Part shown: positions 55,122 to 64,000 of the stretch, piece after piece
How positions within the stretch are numbered: the stretch's first letter is position 1
Layout: each line of letters opens with the position of its first letter
Assembly: GCA_047495785.1 (NCBI GenBank)
Contig: JBLDXI010000033.1
Location: 372,001 to 436,000, forward strand
Direction: 5' to 3'
DNA from: Lepidodermella squamata
Taxonomy: Eukaryota > Animalia > Gastrotricha
DNA length: 64,000 bases
Notes under the pieces: generated by a model
What the model was told of the DNA's origin: nothing
Database searches by the model: none
What the model saw: only the letters and a program-made list of their open reading frames with translations
Position numbers and translations under genes: made by a program

Positions 55122-56246
55122 TTATAATTTAGATAACAACACCAATACAAAGAACACAAGAGAGACACCATAGGCCAATATCATCAAAACAAAAGCAACA
55201 ATATCCATGGCACGACCATTTCTAAGTTTAAAAAGCGAATTTTCGATCAAAACTGTGGCATACCAGTCTGGATACGAGTTCGCTAGCCCGCAGGTGATGA
55301 GGCAATAAAGTGTCATAACACATGTGAGAAATTCGCAACATTTCATGCATGCAGTCATAAATACAAAGCCAGGCTTTTGTGGCAGGTATTTAAGAGAGTC
55401 GGCTTCCATGAAAACCAGAGCTAGGAGAACTGTTACGGCTAGAACTGGCCGGTCGGAGAGACGTGCTTCCAAGAGTAGAACGATGAATACCAAAAATGCG
55501 AGGACAAGAAATGGTAGAATGAGATTCCAGATGTAAAACTCTGGTTTCCTTCGAAATGTGAAGATATACTTGTAAGTCGTTCTGTTGCTGATGGAAGCGG
55601 ATCTGTCAATGATGAGCCAATTGTCAAAATCGCTTCGAAACACGTTATAAGTACGCGCCGATACACGCGATTTCAGCTCGTAATGCATGCGCTGAAATGC
55701 AGTTTTCAGTTTGACAGCGCATATTTGAGTGTCGAAAGGGAACAACGCTACATTGAGGTCGCAGGTCGACGTGAATCTTGCAACAAATTTCCAATCGAAA
55801 TGAACACCGACACGTTTGATTGTCACTTCCATTTTTGATGTAGCAGTGTCACGCAAGTGAGTGACGGATGGGTTGATGTGGACGAATTTCGGCCGCCAAA
55901 ACATAGTATCAGGAACCGGGAAAGATACGTATTGCTTCGGACCGAGCTTCGCAGCGATAGCAGGCAAACACGAGCCGTTCCATCTCACAATAAAATGCAG
56001 TGTTGCAGTGAAACTTTGCAGCTGATCATTGATAGCTTCAATCATTCCGACATATCCATTCAGCTCCACTTGAGCAAATTTACAATTAATATTTTCAGCA
56101 CTAGCAGCACAACGAGGGCCAGGGCTCTCTGGGGTAAGACTGGGACAGCTCAACAAAAGGTTTCGAGCCCGCCGTAAAGCTGTGGCGTTAACATCAGAGA
56201 ATGAAGGTTGAAACAAAAAGCACCACATAACAATGATTGATAGCAT
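55122..56246 (-). CDS. Divergent intronless Cys-loop pLGIC subunit, type A
   Basis: Cys-loop CDLNVALFPFDTQIC; TM region almost identical to 50980..52104. Confidence 0.92.
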   Translation of the reverse strand: MLSIIVMWCFLFQPSFSDVNATALRRARNLLLSCPSLTPESPGPRCAASAENINCKFAQVELNGYVGMIEAINDQLQSFTATLHFIVRWNGSCLPAIAAKLGPKQYVSFPVPDTMFWRPKFVHINPSVTHLRDTATSKMEVTIKRVGVHFDWKFVARFTSTCDLNVALFPFDTQICAVKLKTAFQRMHYELKSRVSARTYNVFRSDFDNWLIIDRSASISNRTTYKYIFTFRRKPEFYIWNLILPFLVLAFLVFIVLLLEARLSDRPVLAVTVLLALVFMEADSLKYLPQKPGFVFMTACMKCCEFLTCVMTLYCLITCGLANSYPDWYATVLIENSLFKLRNGRAMDIVAFVLMILAYGVSLVFFVLVLLSKL

Positions 56247-56421
56247 AACTTTAGATAATAGTAGAGTGCCGATGCTATAGCAAGTAAAAATCTCGCTGAA
56301 TATCTAAAATACTCATAAAACTCAGGCTTGTTTGCATCTGCGCGTCAAATTTCCGAATTGAACAACACATTCGTAGATCGCACATTATTTACACAAAAGA
56401 AACAACAATTCTTTCAAAAGG

Positions 56422-57555
56422 TTAAAATTTATAGAAAAGGAAAAAATTGACAAGGCTGAACGCCATGAGCGACGTCGAGCAAGCAATGGCGTCACAAACC
56501 CTATTGCGGGAAGCCTTCCATTTACCGATAACAATCGCATTTGTGTTGAACCATTTTGGAAATTTTTTCGCAAGATGGCAGGTAAAAAAGGCGTATAGAG
56601 TTATGAATAAAGTGAGTAGTTCACATGAACGAGTGTAATCCGTTAGCAGCATCTTACCAGGCTTAGCTGGTGTTCTGTTACTTATCTCGATTCGCAAAAC
56701 TGTCATAGCCAGCAGGATTGTTATCGCAAAACCAGGTCTCAAGGGCTTCGAAGCGTGGATAGCGATGCAAAGAAATTGCAGGAAAGTCAAAGCAGCGCAA
56801 GGTATCATTAGAAACCAAATGTAGAAATCTGAGCGGCGTTTGAATTTCATCATGATGAACGGACTTGGATTGCCATGAAGGTTCAGCAGCTTAGAACTGA
56901 ATTTTTCTAGTTTCCAGTTCGAGGTCCAATCATCCATACTTTTTGTTGCGCGGCTCTTAACATCAATTGCGACTGCATTATCAGCTGTGTTTGCCAATCT
57001 TAGGTATATCATGCAGTTTTGATTGTCAAACGGAAAATCGCTAAGATTGATTTCACATGATGAAACGAAAATGCCACTCCTCTCAGAACGAAAAATGACA
57101 TGCTGCTTAGAGATTCTAGCGCTGAAAATTGACTGAAGGCTTGCCATTGCCGGGTCGTCGATTGCGTTGTCGTGGATGAACTCTGGTTGCCAAAATAGGC
57201 TCGCATTCGGGTAGAAATCGGTCCCGCTCAAATCGCTCAATCGATCGCAAGCAGCGGACCACTCGGATATGAAGTTTGCTTGTACTCTGAACGTTTCGGT
57301 AACATCGTCGATTCCGTATGATTTGGATATTTGTAAGGACGTCCTAATCGGTGTTTTCGAGCAGGACTGATCCACATCATCTAATTCTATGCTTATATTG
57401 CAGTTTGGGTTCATAGCCTCGACCGAAAATTGATTGCATCTCGCAATGAGGTCTAAACTTCGAGCGCTAGATAAATCGTAGTTCGGCTTGGCGCAAATTA
57501 TCCTGAACGCAAACGTTGCTAAAATGACGAATCCACCAGCGTGTCTAACAGGCAT
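56422..57555 (-). CDS. Divergent intronless Cys-loop pLGIC subunit, type B
   Basis: Cys-loop CEINLSDFPFDNQNC; duplicate of 52290..53420. Confidence 0.92.
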   Translation of the reverse strand: MPVRHAGGFVILATFAFRIICAKPNYDLSSARSLDLIARCNQFSVEAMNPNCNISIELDDVDQSCSKTPIRTSLQISKSYGIDDVTETFRVQANFISEWSAACDRLSDLSGTDFYPNASLFWQPEFIHDNAIDDPAMASLQSIFSARISKQHVIFRSERSGIFVSSCEINLSDFPFDNQNCMIYLRLANTADNAVAIDVKSRATKSMDDWTSNWKLEKFSSKLLNLHGNPSPFIMMKFKRRSDFYIWFLMIPCAALTFLQFLCIAIHASKPLRPGFAITILLAMTVLRIEISNRTPAKPGKMLLTDYTRSCELLTLFITLYAFFTCHLAKKFPKWFNTNAIVIGKWKASRNRVCDAIACSTSLMAFSLVNFFLFYKF

Positions 57556-57759
57556 GCGCCGACTTGATAATCATTTATTTTGTCAAAGTGTGAATGAATC
57601 GTGCCTGATAGGCATATTTGAAGTCGTGCGACGTAGCTTAGCCGTGAGAACCGAGACCGGAAATTGCGAGCAAACATTATACATACGCTTGCATCAAAGA
57701 TCTGTGTTCACGATTTATCGTTCGCTTTATCGAGCCAGTTCTTTTATTATCGAGACATT

Positions 57760-58866
57760 TTAGGCGGAACTCACAGCTGTTAGGTAAAGCCAGAGAACGG
57801 CAATGCTGTAAATTTGAATGAAAATCGCAAAGATAAGGATGTCGAAAGTTCTTCCCGTGGACAAAGCGAAATATTCAGTTTCAAGCAAAGCAGACGTGAA
57901 CCATTCTCTGTAAGAGTTGGCTAAGCCGCATGTTACGCAGCAGTATATCACAAAGAATCCGATGAGAAATTCACAAGTTTTCATGAAAAATACTAGAAAC
58001 ACGAATCCGGGTTTTTTGGGGAGATAATTCAGTGCTTCTACTTCCATGAATATCACCGCAACGAAAATAGTCAAAGCTAAAACTGATCTGTCGGACTGCT
58101 TTGCGTCTATTAGCATGATTATGAATACAACGAAAGTTGTTACAACAAAGGGTATGATTATGTTCCACATGTAGAACTCTGGATTTCGGCGCAGTGAGAC
58201 AGCTATTTTTAACCTATTCCCATTGGCGACAGAGACATTTCCCGTGGTAACGAGCCAGTTTGCGAATTGATATCGTTTTCGCAACGTGGGTTCAGAGTCA
58301 TAAATCCTTAAGTAGAATAGAATAACCGTTGATGCAGGTTTCAGCTCGATCCAGCAGGACTGCTTGTCAAACGGGAACAACGCAACATTCAGCGAACAAG
58401 TTGAATGGAATTTATTTGCAATCTTATATTCTACACCCATACCACTTGTTTGGAAAAAAGCTTGCACCTCGGATTCTCGAATGCTAACCAGCGTTGATGA
58501 AGGATTCGCGTGGTAAAACGTTGGCGTCCAGATTACATTCGGTTGCAAAAAGAAACGACTGCTTTCGTCGACGTGTTTGTCAATCCACCGGCAATTAGTC
58601 ACATATTGCAATCGCAATTGAAGAGATGCAACAAAGCTTTGCCGGTTGTCGTCGACATCTTCCACGAGGAGACTCAGCACTTGAGCGTACACGTTCACTC
58701 TCTTGCATTTCGAACTCGGTTGGCCAGTACATCTCGGGCTAAAATTTTCCGTCGAGAGCAGGGAGCAATTTGATAACAAGTAAATAGTTCGCGGTCTCAT
58801 GGAAATTTTCGCCCCTCCAACAACAGATAACACAATTGTCGAGAGGCAAAATGTTATTCCACTCAT
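57760..58866 (-). CDS. Divergent intronless Cys-loop pLGIC subunit, type C (sister of type A)
   Basis: Likely start MSGITFCL at 58866 (matches paralog MTEITLCF); Cys-loop CSLNVALFPFDKQSC; M2 SDRSVLALTIFVAVIFME. Confidence 0.9.
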   Translation of the reverse strand: MSGITFCLSTIVLSVVGGAKISMRPRTIYLLSNCSLLSTENFSPRCTGQPSSKCKRVNVYAQVLSLLVEDVDDNRQSFVASLQLRLQYVTNCRWIDKHVDESSRFFLQPNVIWTPTFYHANPSSTLVSIRESEVQAFFQTSGMGVEYKIANKFHSTCSLNVALFPFDKQSCWIELKPASTVILFYLRIYDSEPTLRKRYQFANWLVTTGNVSVANGNRLKIAVSLRRNPEFYMWNIIIPFVVTTFVVFIIMLIDAKQSDRSVLALTIFVAVIFMEVEALNYLPKKPGFVFLVFFMKTCEFLIGFFVIYCCVTCGLANSYREWFTSALLETEYFALSTGRTFDILIFAIFIQIYSIAVLWLYLTAVSSA

Positions 58867-59198
58867 TTTTCCACTGAAAACTGGAGGTATGTATACGCGG
58901 CATAGGAAGCAACAACAATGAGGTAGTGAGTGTTGAGGAGCTGCGGATGTTCCTCGTCCAGCCATGATCAATACTAAGCAAACCAAATAATCGAATGTTG
59001 ATGCATAATGATAAGCTGCGGCTTAGTAAGGATCAGCTGCAATTTACTCTGCAGCATTCCGCCAATTCAGTCTCCGAGAGATGCCTGGATCCGAAACAAA
59101 TCTTGTAACGCATCTTTTACAAAGCAATTTAGAATTTATTTAACATAGAGATACTACTGTTTTGATCAGAGAGCGAAAAATCGAGTTAAATCTGCACA

Positions 59199-60371
59199 TC
59201 ACCGAACAGCTTGAATAACGAAAGCGCAAGTTAAGCTGAAGGAAATGATTGATAAAGAGCAAGCTATAGCATCCATCAGCCTATTCCGAGACAGCTTGAA
59301 TCGCTCACGAACGATTACGTTGCAATTGAACCATTTGGAAAACTTTTTTGCCAAGTAGCATGTTAAGAATGCGTACAGAGTGATCAGCAGTATCAGCAGT
59401 TCACAGGATCGCGTGAAATCCGATAGCAGCATCCGTCCGGGTTTCGCTGGCGTCCTCCGGCTTACTTCTAGCCTCAAAAACGTCATAGCGAGGAGAATGG
59501 TAATCGCAAAACCTGGTCTCAAAGGCTTGGTTGCGTGAATGGCGATAGAGAGGAACTGCATCAAGGTCAAGATGATGCACGGAACCATTAGAAACCAAAC
59601 GTAGAAGTGGGGTCGTCGTCTGAACGAAAATTCAAAAATTGGGGTGAAATATTTCCTGCCATGAAGAACAGTTCGCTCGCTAAACTCCATCAACTCCCAG
59701 TTGTCAAAGTTTCTAGAGGACATGTACATGAAATGGCTACTCCGGATGAAGGTAGCATCTTGAAGTCTATTTCCGATACGAAGTTGAATTGAACATGTTT
59801 GGTTGTCGAAAGGGAAATTCGATAGGTCGATGTCACATTGGGAAGTAATAACACCTTGCATCTTCAACCGAAATATTGCGCGGCCAACTTGCGTTTGAAT
59901 AGATAGCTCCTTCTGAAAACGATCTAAAGTAGGATCATTGATGGAATTATCATGATATATCAGAGGTGTCCAGAAAAGCGAAGCATTGGGATTGAATACA
60001 TCCCCAACATCATCTTCCTGTATTTTGCAGCTGGCAGTCCAAAAAACTAGAACATCAATTAACACCTTGAAGCTCTCAGCGACATCGTTGATTCCATAGT
60101 TGCGATCGACTGCCATGCTGATAATAATAGGCGTCGGAGTACATGAGTGGTCGAAGTATGCGAAGCTGCTACTGGTATTGCAGTTCGGATTCATAGATTC
60201 AGCTGACAGTTGACTGCATTTATTCAGTAAAGCTATGCTTCTAGCATTTGCTATTTCCGAGAATTGCAAACTTGAGCAGATGTTCGCGAGTGTAACGAGT
60301 AGGAAAAACATTCTTTTTTTCTGAAATGGCAGGCTGTAGTTTGAAAAATCGTTGGCTAACAAGGCTCCCAT
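59199..60371 (-). CDS. Divergent intronless Cys-loop pLGIC subunit, type B'
   Basis: Cys-loop CDIDLSNFPFDNQTC; M2 KPLRPGFAITILLAMTFLR; start may be MFFLL at 60311. Confidence 0.92.
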   Translation of the reverse strand: MGALLANDFSNYSLPFQKKRMFFLLVTLANICSSLQFSEIANARSIALLNKCSQLSAESMNPNCNTSSSFAYFDHSCTPTPIIISMAVDRNYGINDVAESFKVLIDVLVFWTASCKIQEDDVGDVFNPNASLFWTPLIYHDNSINDPTLDRFQKELSIQTQVGRAIFRLKMQGVITSQCDIDLSNFPFDNQTCSIQLRIGNRLQDATFIRSSHFMYMSSRNFDNWELMEFSERTVLHGRKYFTPIFEFSFRRRPHFYVWFLMVPCIILTLMQFLSIAIHATKPLRPGFAITILLAMTFLRLEVSRRTPAKPGRMLLSDFTRSCELLILLITLYAFLTCYLAKKFSKWFNCNVIVRERFKLSRNRLMDAIACSLSIISFSLTCAFVIQAVR

Positions 60372-60834
60372 GTGCGACTATTTACCAGGAAATGAGAGTG
60401 TTCGTAACAATATATCTTTCAGCACTGGCGCTAGATAGTGCTAGGGATCGCTTTCATTGCGATCCATGGCGTGGCAATCGCCATTCGACACCGTGCATAT
60501 ATGGGCAACATTGTGGAACCACTAGCAAGTTGAACTTGGTGGATGACCCAGTTTCTCGAAAGTCACCACCTAGCCAATACAGAGCCAATACCTAGCCCTG
60601 AGAATCAGCTTGGATCAATAATTATTATTTCATGTCGGTTATAGGAATGTGAATGGAGCTTACGCGCATAATTTGAAGCCATAGCTCTGCCGAAATAGTC
60701 GAGGCCAGATATTTTGAGCCAGCACGACAACAACGGCTGCTGGCTGCTGATCCAAGATTCGCCACTTTGTTTATTCATTTGCTCCAGATAAATCGTTCGA
60801 CGTTTGAAACTGCTTATTTTATTATCGCGAACTT

Positions 60835-61932
60835 TCAGGTGGTACTCGCTGCGGTTAAGTAAAGCCAGAGAATGGCCATTCCGTAAATTTGAACAAAAAT
60901 GACAACAATGAGGATATCGAAAGATCTTCCCGTAGACAAAGCGAAATATTCAGTTTCAAGCAAAGCAGACGTGAACCATTCTCTGTAAGAGTTGGCTAAG
61001 CCACATGTAATGCAGCAGTATATCACAAAGAATCCGATGAGAAATTCACAAGTTTTCATGAAAAATACTAGAAACACGAATCCTGGTTTTTTAGGGAGAT
61101 AGTTGAGTGCTTCTACTTCCATGAATATCACCGCAACGAAAATAGTCAAAGCTAAAACTGATCTGTCGGACTGCTTCGCATCTATTAGCATGATTATGAA
61201 TACAACGAAAGTTGTTATAACAAAGGGTATGATTATGTTCCACATGTAGAACTCTGAATTTCGGCGCAGCGAGACAGCTATTTTCAACTTTATCCTATTT
61301 TCGACAGAGGCATTTGCTGAAGTAACAAACCAGTTTGAGAACTGGTATGTCGGGCGCAATGCGGCTTCAGAGTTATAGATCCTCATGTAGTATAGACGAA
61401 GCTTCGAGGCAGGTTTTAATTCGATCCAACAAATCTGCTTGTCAAACGGGAACAACGTAACATCGAGCGAGCAAGTTGAATGAAATTTATTGACGATTCT
61501 AAATTCTAAAGCCATGCCAGCCGAGTTGAAAATAGCCTGCATCTCCGTTTCTTCAATGTCAACGATCGTTGATGAAGGATTCGCGTGGTACAACTTGGGC
61601 GTCCAGAATACATTCGGCGGTAAAAAGAATCGAGTGCCAGCGTCGACGTCTTTGCCTAACCACAAACAGGGTGTCGTATATTGCAATAGCATTTGCAAAG
61701 ATGCAACGAAGCTTTGCTGTTTGTCATCGACAGCATCAACTCGGAGACTGAGCACTTGTATTTTCAGATCTAATTTCGAGCAGTGCGATAAAGTGTTGCC
61801 AGAGCATTTCGGGCCGGCATATTCTGCCGAGAGCAACGTGCAATTCGACAAAAAGTAACTAGTTCGAGGTCGCATGGAAATTGTCACCCCTTCAGCTACA
61901 GATAGCAGAAAGCATAAGGTAATTTCTGTCAT
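60835..61932 (-). CDS. Divergent intronless Cys-loop pLGIC subunit, type C
   Basis: Cys-loop CSLDVTLFPFDKQIC; TM region nearly identical to 57760..58866. Confidence 0.92.
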   Translation of the reverse strand: MTEITLCFLLSVAEGVTISMRPRTSYFLSNCTLLSAEYAGPKCSGNTLSHCSKLDLKIQVLSLRVDAVDDKQQSFVASLQMLLQYTTPCLWLGKDVDAGTRFFLPPNVFWTPKLYHANPSSTIVDIEETEMQAIFNSAGMALEFRIVNKFHSTCSLDVTLFPFDKQICWIELKPASKLRLYYMRIYNSEAALRPTYQFSNWFVTSANASVENRIKLKIAVSLRRNSEFYMWNIIIPFVITTFVVFIIMLIDAKQSDRSVLALTIFVAVIFMEVEALNYLPKKPGFVFLVFFMKTCEFLIGFFVIYCCITCGLANSYREWFTSALLETEYFALSTGRSFDILIVVIFVQIYGMAILWLYLTAASTT

Positions 61933-62311
61933 TTTTTCAACAATGATGAGCTAGCCGCTTACGCATGAGTGAGGTCGTGATATGGATTCCTCACCCGTGA
62001 AAAATCTATACAAAACAAATCATATCAGCGGATATTGCTCTGTAACCTACGAACTAGAACAAATACTTTGGAGCTTGTAAGGATGAGCTGCCGGGTATTA
62101 TGATTCAGCATCGTTTAGCAAAACGTTCTTGAATCTTGAAGATAAGATATTTCAAGATTCAATGATCTGTGAAAACTTTAAACCCCGTTATAGGCTCGAC
62201 GAAAATAAAAAAAATCTTTTAATACGTTTATTTCTTGTTGAGATTCTCAAAGGTCCTTGTCGAGCTCTCTGTGGCTTCTGATGGTCTCGTTCTTGTAAAA
62301 TAGATCTCGGT

Positions 62312-63428
62312 TTACCGAACAGACTGAATGACGAAAATGCAAATTAAGCTGAAAGCGATGAACGATAACGAACAGGCTGCAATATCCATCAGTCTATTTC
62401 GAGACAGCTTGAATCGCCCAAGAACTATTACGTTTCGATTAAACCACATGGAGTAATTTTTTACCATATACAACATGTTAAGAATGCGTACAGAGTGATC
62501 ATCAGTGTCAATAGTTCACAGGAGCGCGTGAAATCTGTTAGTAGCATCCGTCCTGGCTTAGCTGGTGTCCGTTGGCTTACTTCAAGCCTCAAAACAGCCA
62601 TAGCGAGAAGAACGGTGATCGCAAAGCCTGGTCTCACAGGCTTGGTCGCGTGGATGGCGAGTGAGAGAAACTGCATCAACGTCAAGATGATGCAGGGGAT
62701 CATTAAAAACCGAACATAAAAGTCGGGTCGTCGTCTGAATGTATAAATTCAAAAATAGGCTCATGATAATTTCGACCGCGAAGAACTGCTCGTTTTCTGA
62801 CATCCATTAACTCCCAGTTGTCAAAGTATTTAGCAGAACCGGAGGTACCTTCGCCGATCCCACTAAAACCGGCATCTTGCAGTCTATTTCCCATGCGAAG
62901 TTGGATTGAACATGTTTGGTTGTCAAAGGGGAAATTCGATAGGTCAATGTCCCATTTGGAAGTTACTATGCCAAAAAGTGTCCTCTGAAATGCCGCGCCC
63001 CCACCTTGTGTTTTGAGAAGTAGTCCGCTATGAAAATGCTTCATAGTTGGATCGTACATGGAATTATCGTGATATATCTGAGGTGTCCAGAAAAGCGAGG
63101 CATTCGGATAGAACAGTTCCCCTGCGTACTTTCTCAGTTCTGTGCATCCGACAGTCCAAGAAACTTGAATGCTGACCAGTAACCTGAAGCTCTGAGCAAC
63201 ATCGTCGATTCCGTAGTTGCGAATGACAGTCAAGGTGAACTCAACAGGCGTTGGGGTGCAGGAACGGTCGGAGTAGGCAAAACTGCTGCTTGTATTGCAG
63301 TTCGGATTCATGGATTCAACCGACATGTGACTGCACTTATTCAGCAAAGCTATACTTCTAGCGTTCGCTATCTCCGAGAATTGCAAGCTTGAGCAGATGC
63401 ACGAGAATGTAATGAGTAGGGAAAACAT
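62312..63428 (-). pseudogene. Frameshifted type B' pLGIC pseudogene
   Basis: Paralog of 59199..60371. First Cys-loop Cys is Trp (SKWDIDLSNFPFDNQTC); 2-nt frameshifts before M1 (~62740) and after M3 (~62470); M4 homology continues to a stop at 62312. Confidence 0.88.
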
Positions 63429-64000
63429 TGCTGCTCCGTAAATGGTGTCGATAAACAAACTACTCCCGATAACTCCCGAGGGCAAGGAATATCTGATCCT
63501 CTATTTACCAGGAAATGAAAATATTCGGCACGAGTGATTCTCGCTAAAAATAACTTGTAGCTGCGAAACTGAAAAATTACAATATCATTCTAATTCTTAA
63601 CTTCTCGGAGTAAGCGGCCTATTCTATAAGTTTGTATCATTTGAATGGCCTTGATTTGATGGAGAGCAAAATGTTCCAAAATTGAGACCCGCCATCCCTC
63701 ACATTGTGGAACCACTGGTAAGTTGAACCTTGGCGCGCACACTGATTGGTCAATTTATCGTTGCTAATGACTCCGGAATGAAACATTTCCGTCGTGCGAT
63801 CCACTAATAAATTATTTTATATTTATGAAAAAAATGACCTTGCCACACCCTCTGCCCGGTTTCCATTGACCACGAGCGTAAACTCCATATTAATTGTGGT
63901 AAATTGCTGCGGCAAAAAACACTTGTTGCAAAAAATCTTATGGATCGCACCACAGAACGTTTCATCCGGGAGTCATAGCAACGATCGATTGACCAATCAG

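Noticed and set aside
31534-55536. Recurrent antisense ORFs (MLVINS.., MRNSQHF..) as a separate small gene family
   Set aside because: They are shadows of the conserved TM region of type A genes on the opposite strand.
723-61932. Assigning nAChR, 5-HT3 or GABA receptor gene symbols
   Set aside because: The TM region is nAChR/5-HT3-like, but all diagnostic ligand-binding residues are missing and no orthology can be recognised.
723-63428. Bacterial origin (GLIC/ELIC-like Pro-loop channels in an operon)
   Set aside because: Although intronless and lacking an intracellular domain, the subunits have the eukaryotic Cys-loop disulfide and N-glycosylation sequons. Neighbours have spliceosomal introns, and LINEs and MITEs are present.

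Overview
Eukaryotic (invertebrate animal-like) genomic DNA with compact 52-64 bp GT-AG introns; the species cannot be identified from the sequence. The window is dominated by a tandem array of intronless, highly divergent Cys-loop pentameric ligand-gated ion channel (pLGIC) subunit genes: 25 intact ORFs of about 365-405 aa, 2 frameshifted pseudogenes and 2 fragments. All intact subunits keep the Cys-loop (C-x6-FPFD-xQxC) and four TM helices. They lack the acetylcholine aromatic box, the loop-C vicinal cysteines and the large intracellular domain, and they share four extra N-terminal cysteines. The left half (0.7-31 kb) is a diverse clade with a basic-looking pocket and a loop-C N-x-S sequon. 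The right half (31-63.5 kb) is a near-strict alternation of two subunit types with opposite M2 charge signatures, variable ectodomains and nearly identical TM regions. The best interpretation (inference) is a lineage-specific ionotropic chemoreceptor repertoire, analogous to cephalopod chemotactile receptors. Within or beside the array are three orphan secreted Cys-rich helical proteins, a secreted Sushi+ankyrin protein and a secreted non-AChE carboxylesterase. There is also a nest of transposons: Harbinger, hAT and Tc1/pogo MITEs, LINE fragments, and a decayed RAG1/Transib-like transposase between 32-bp TIRs.
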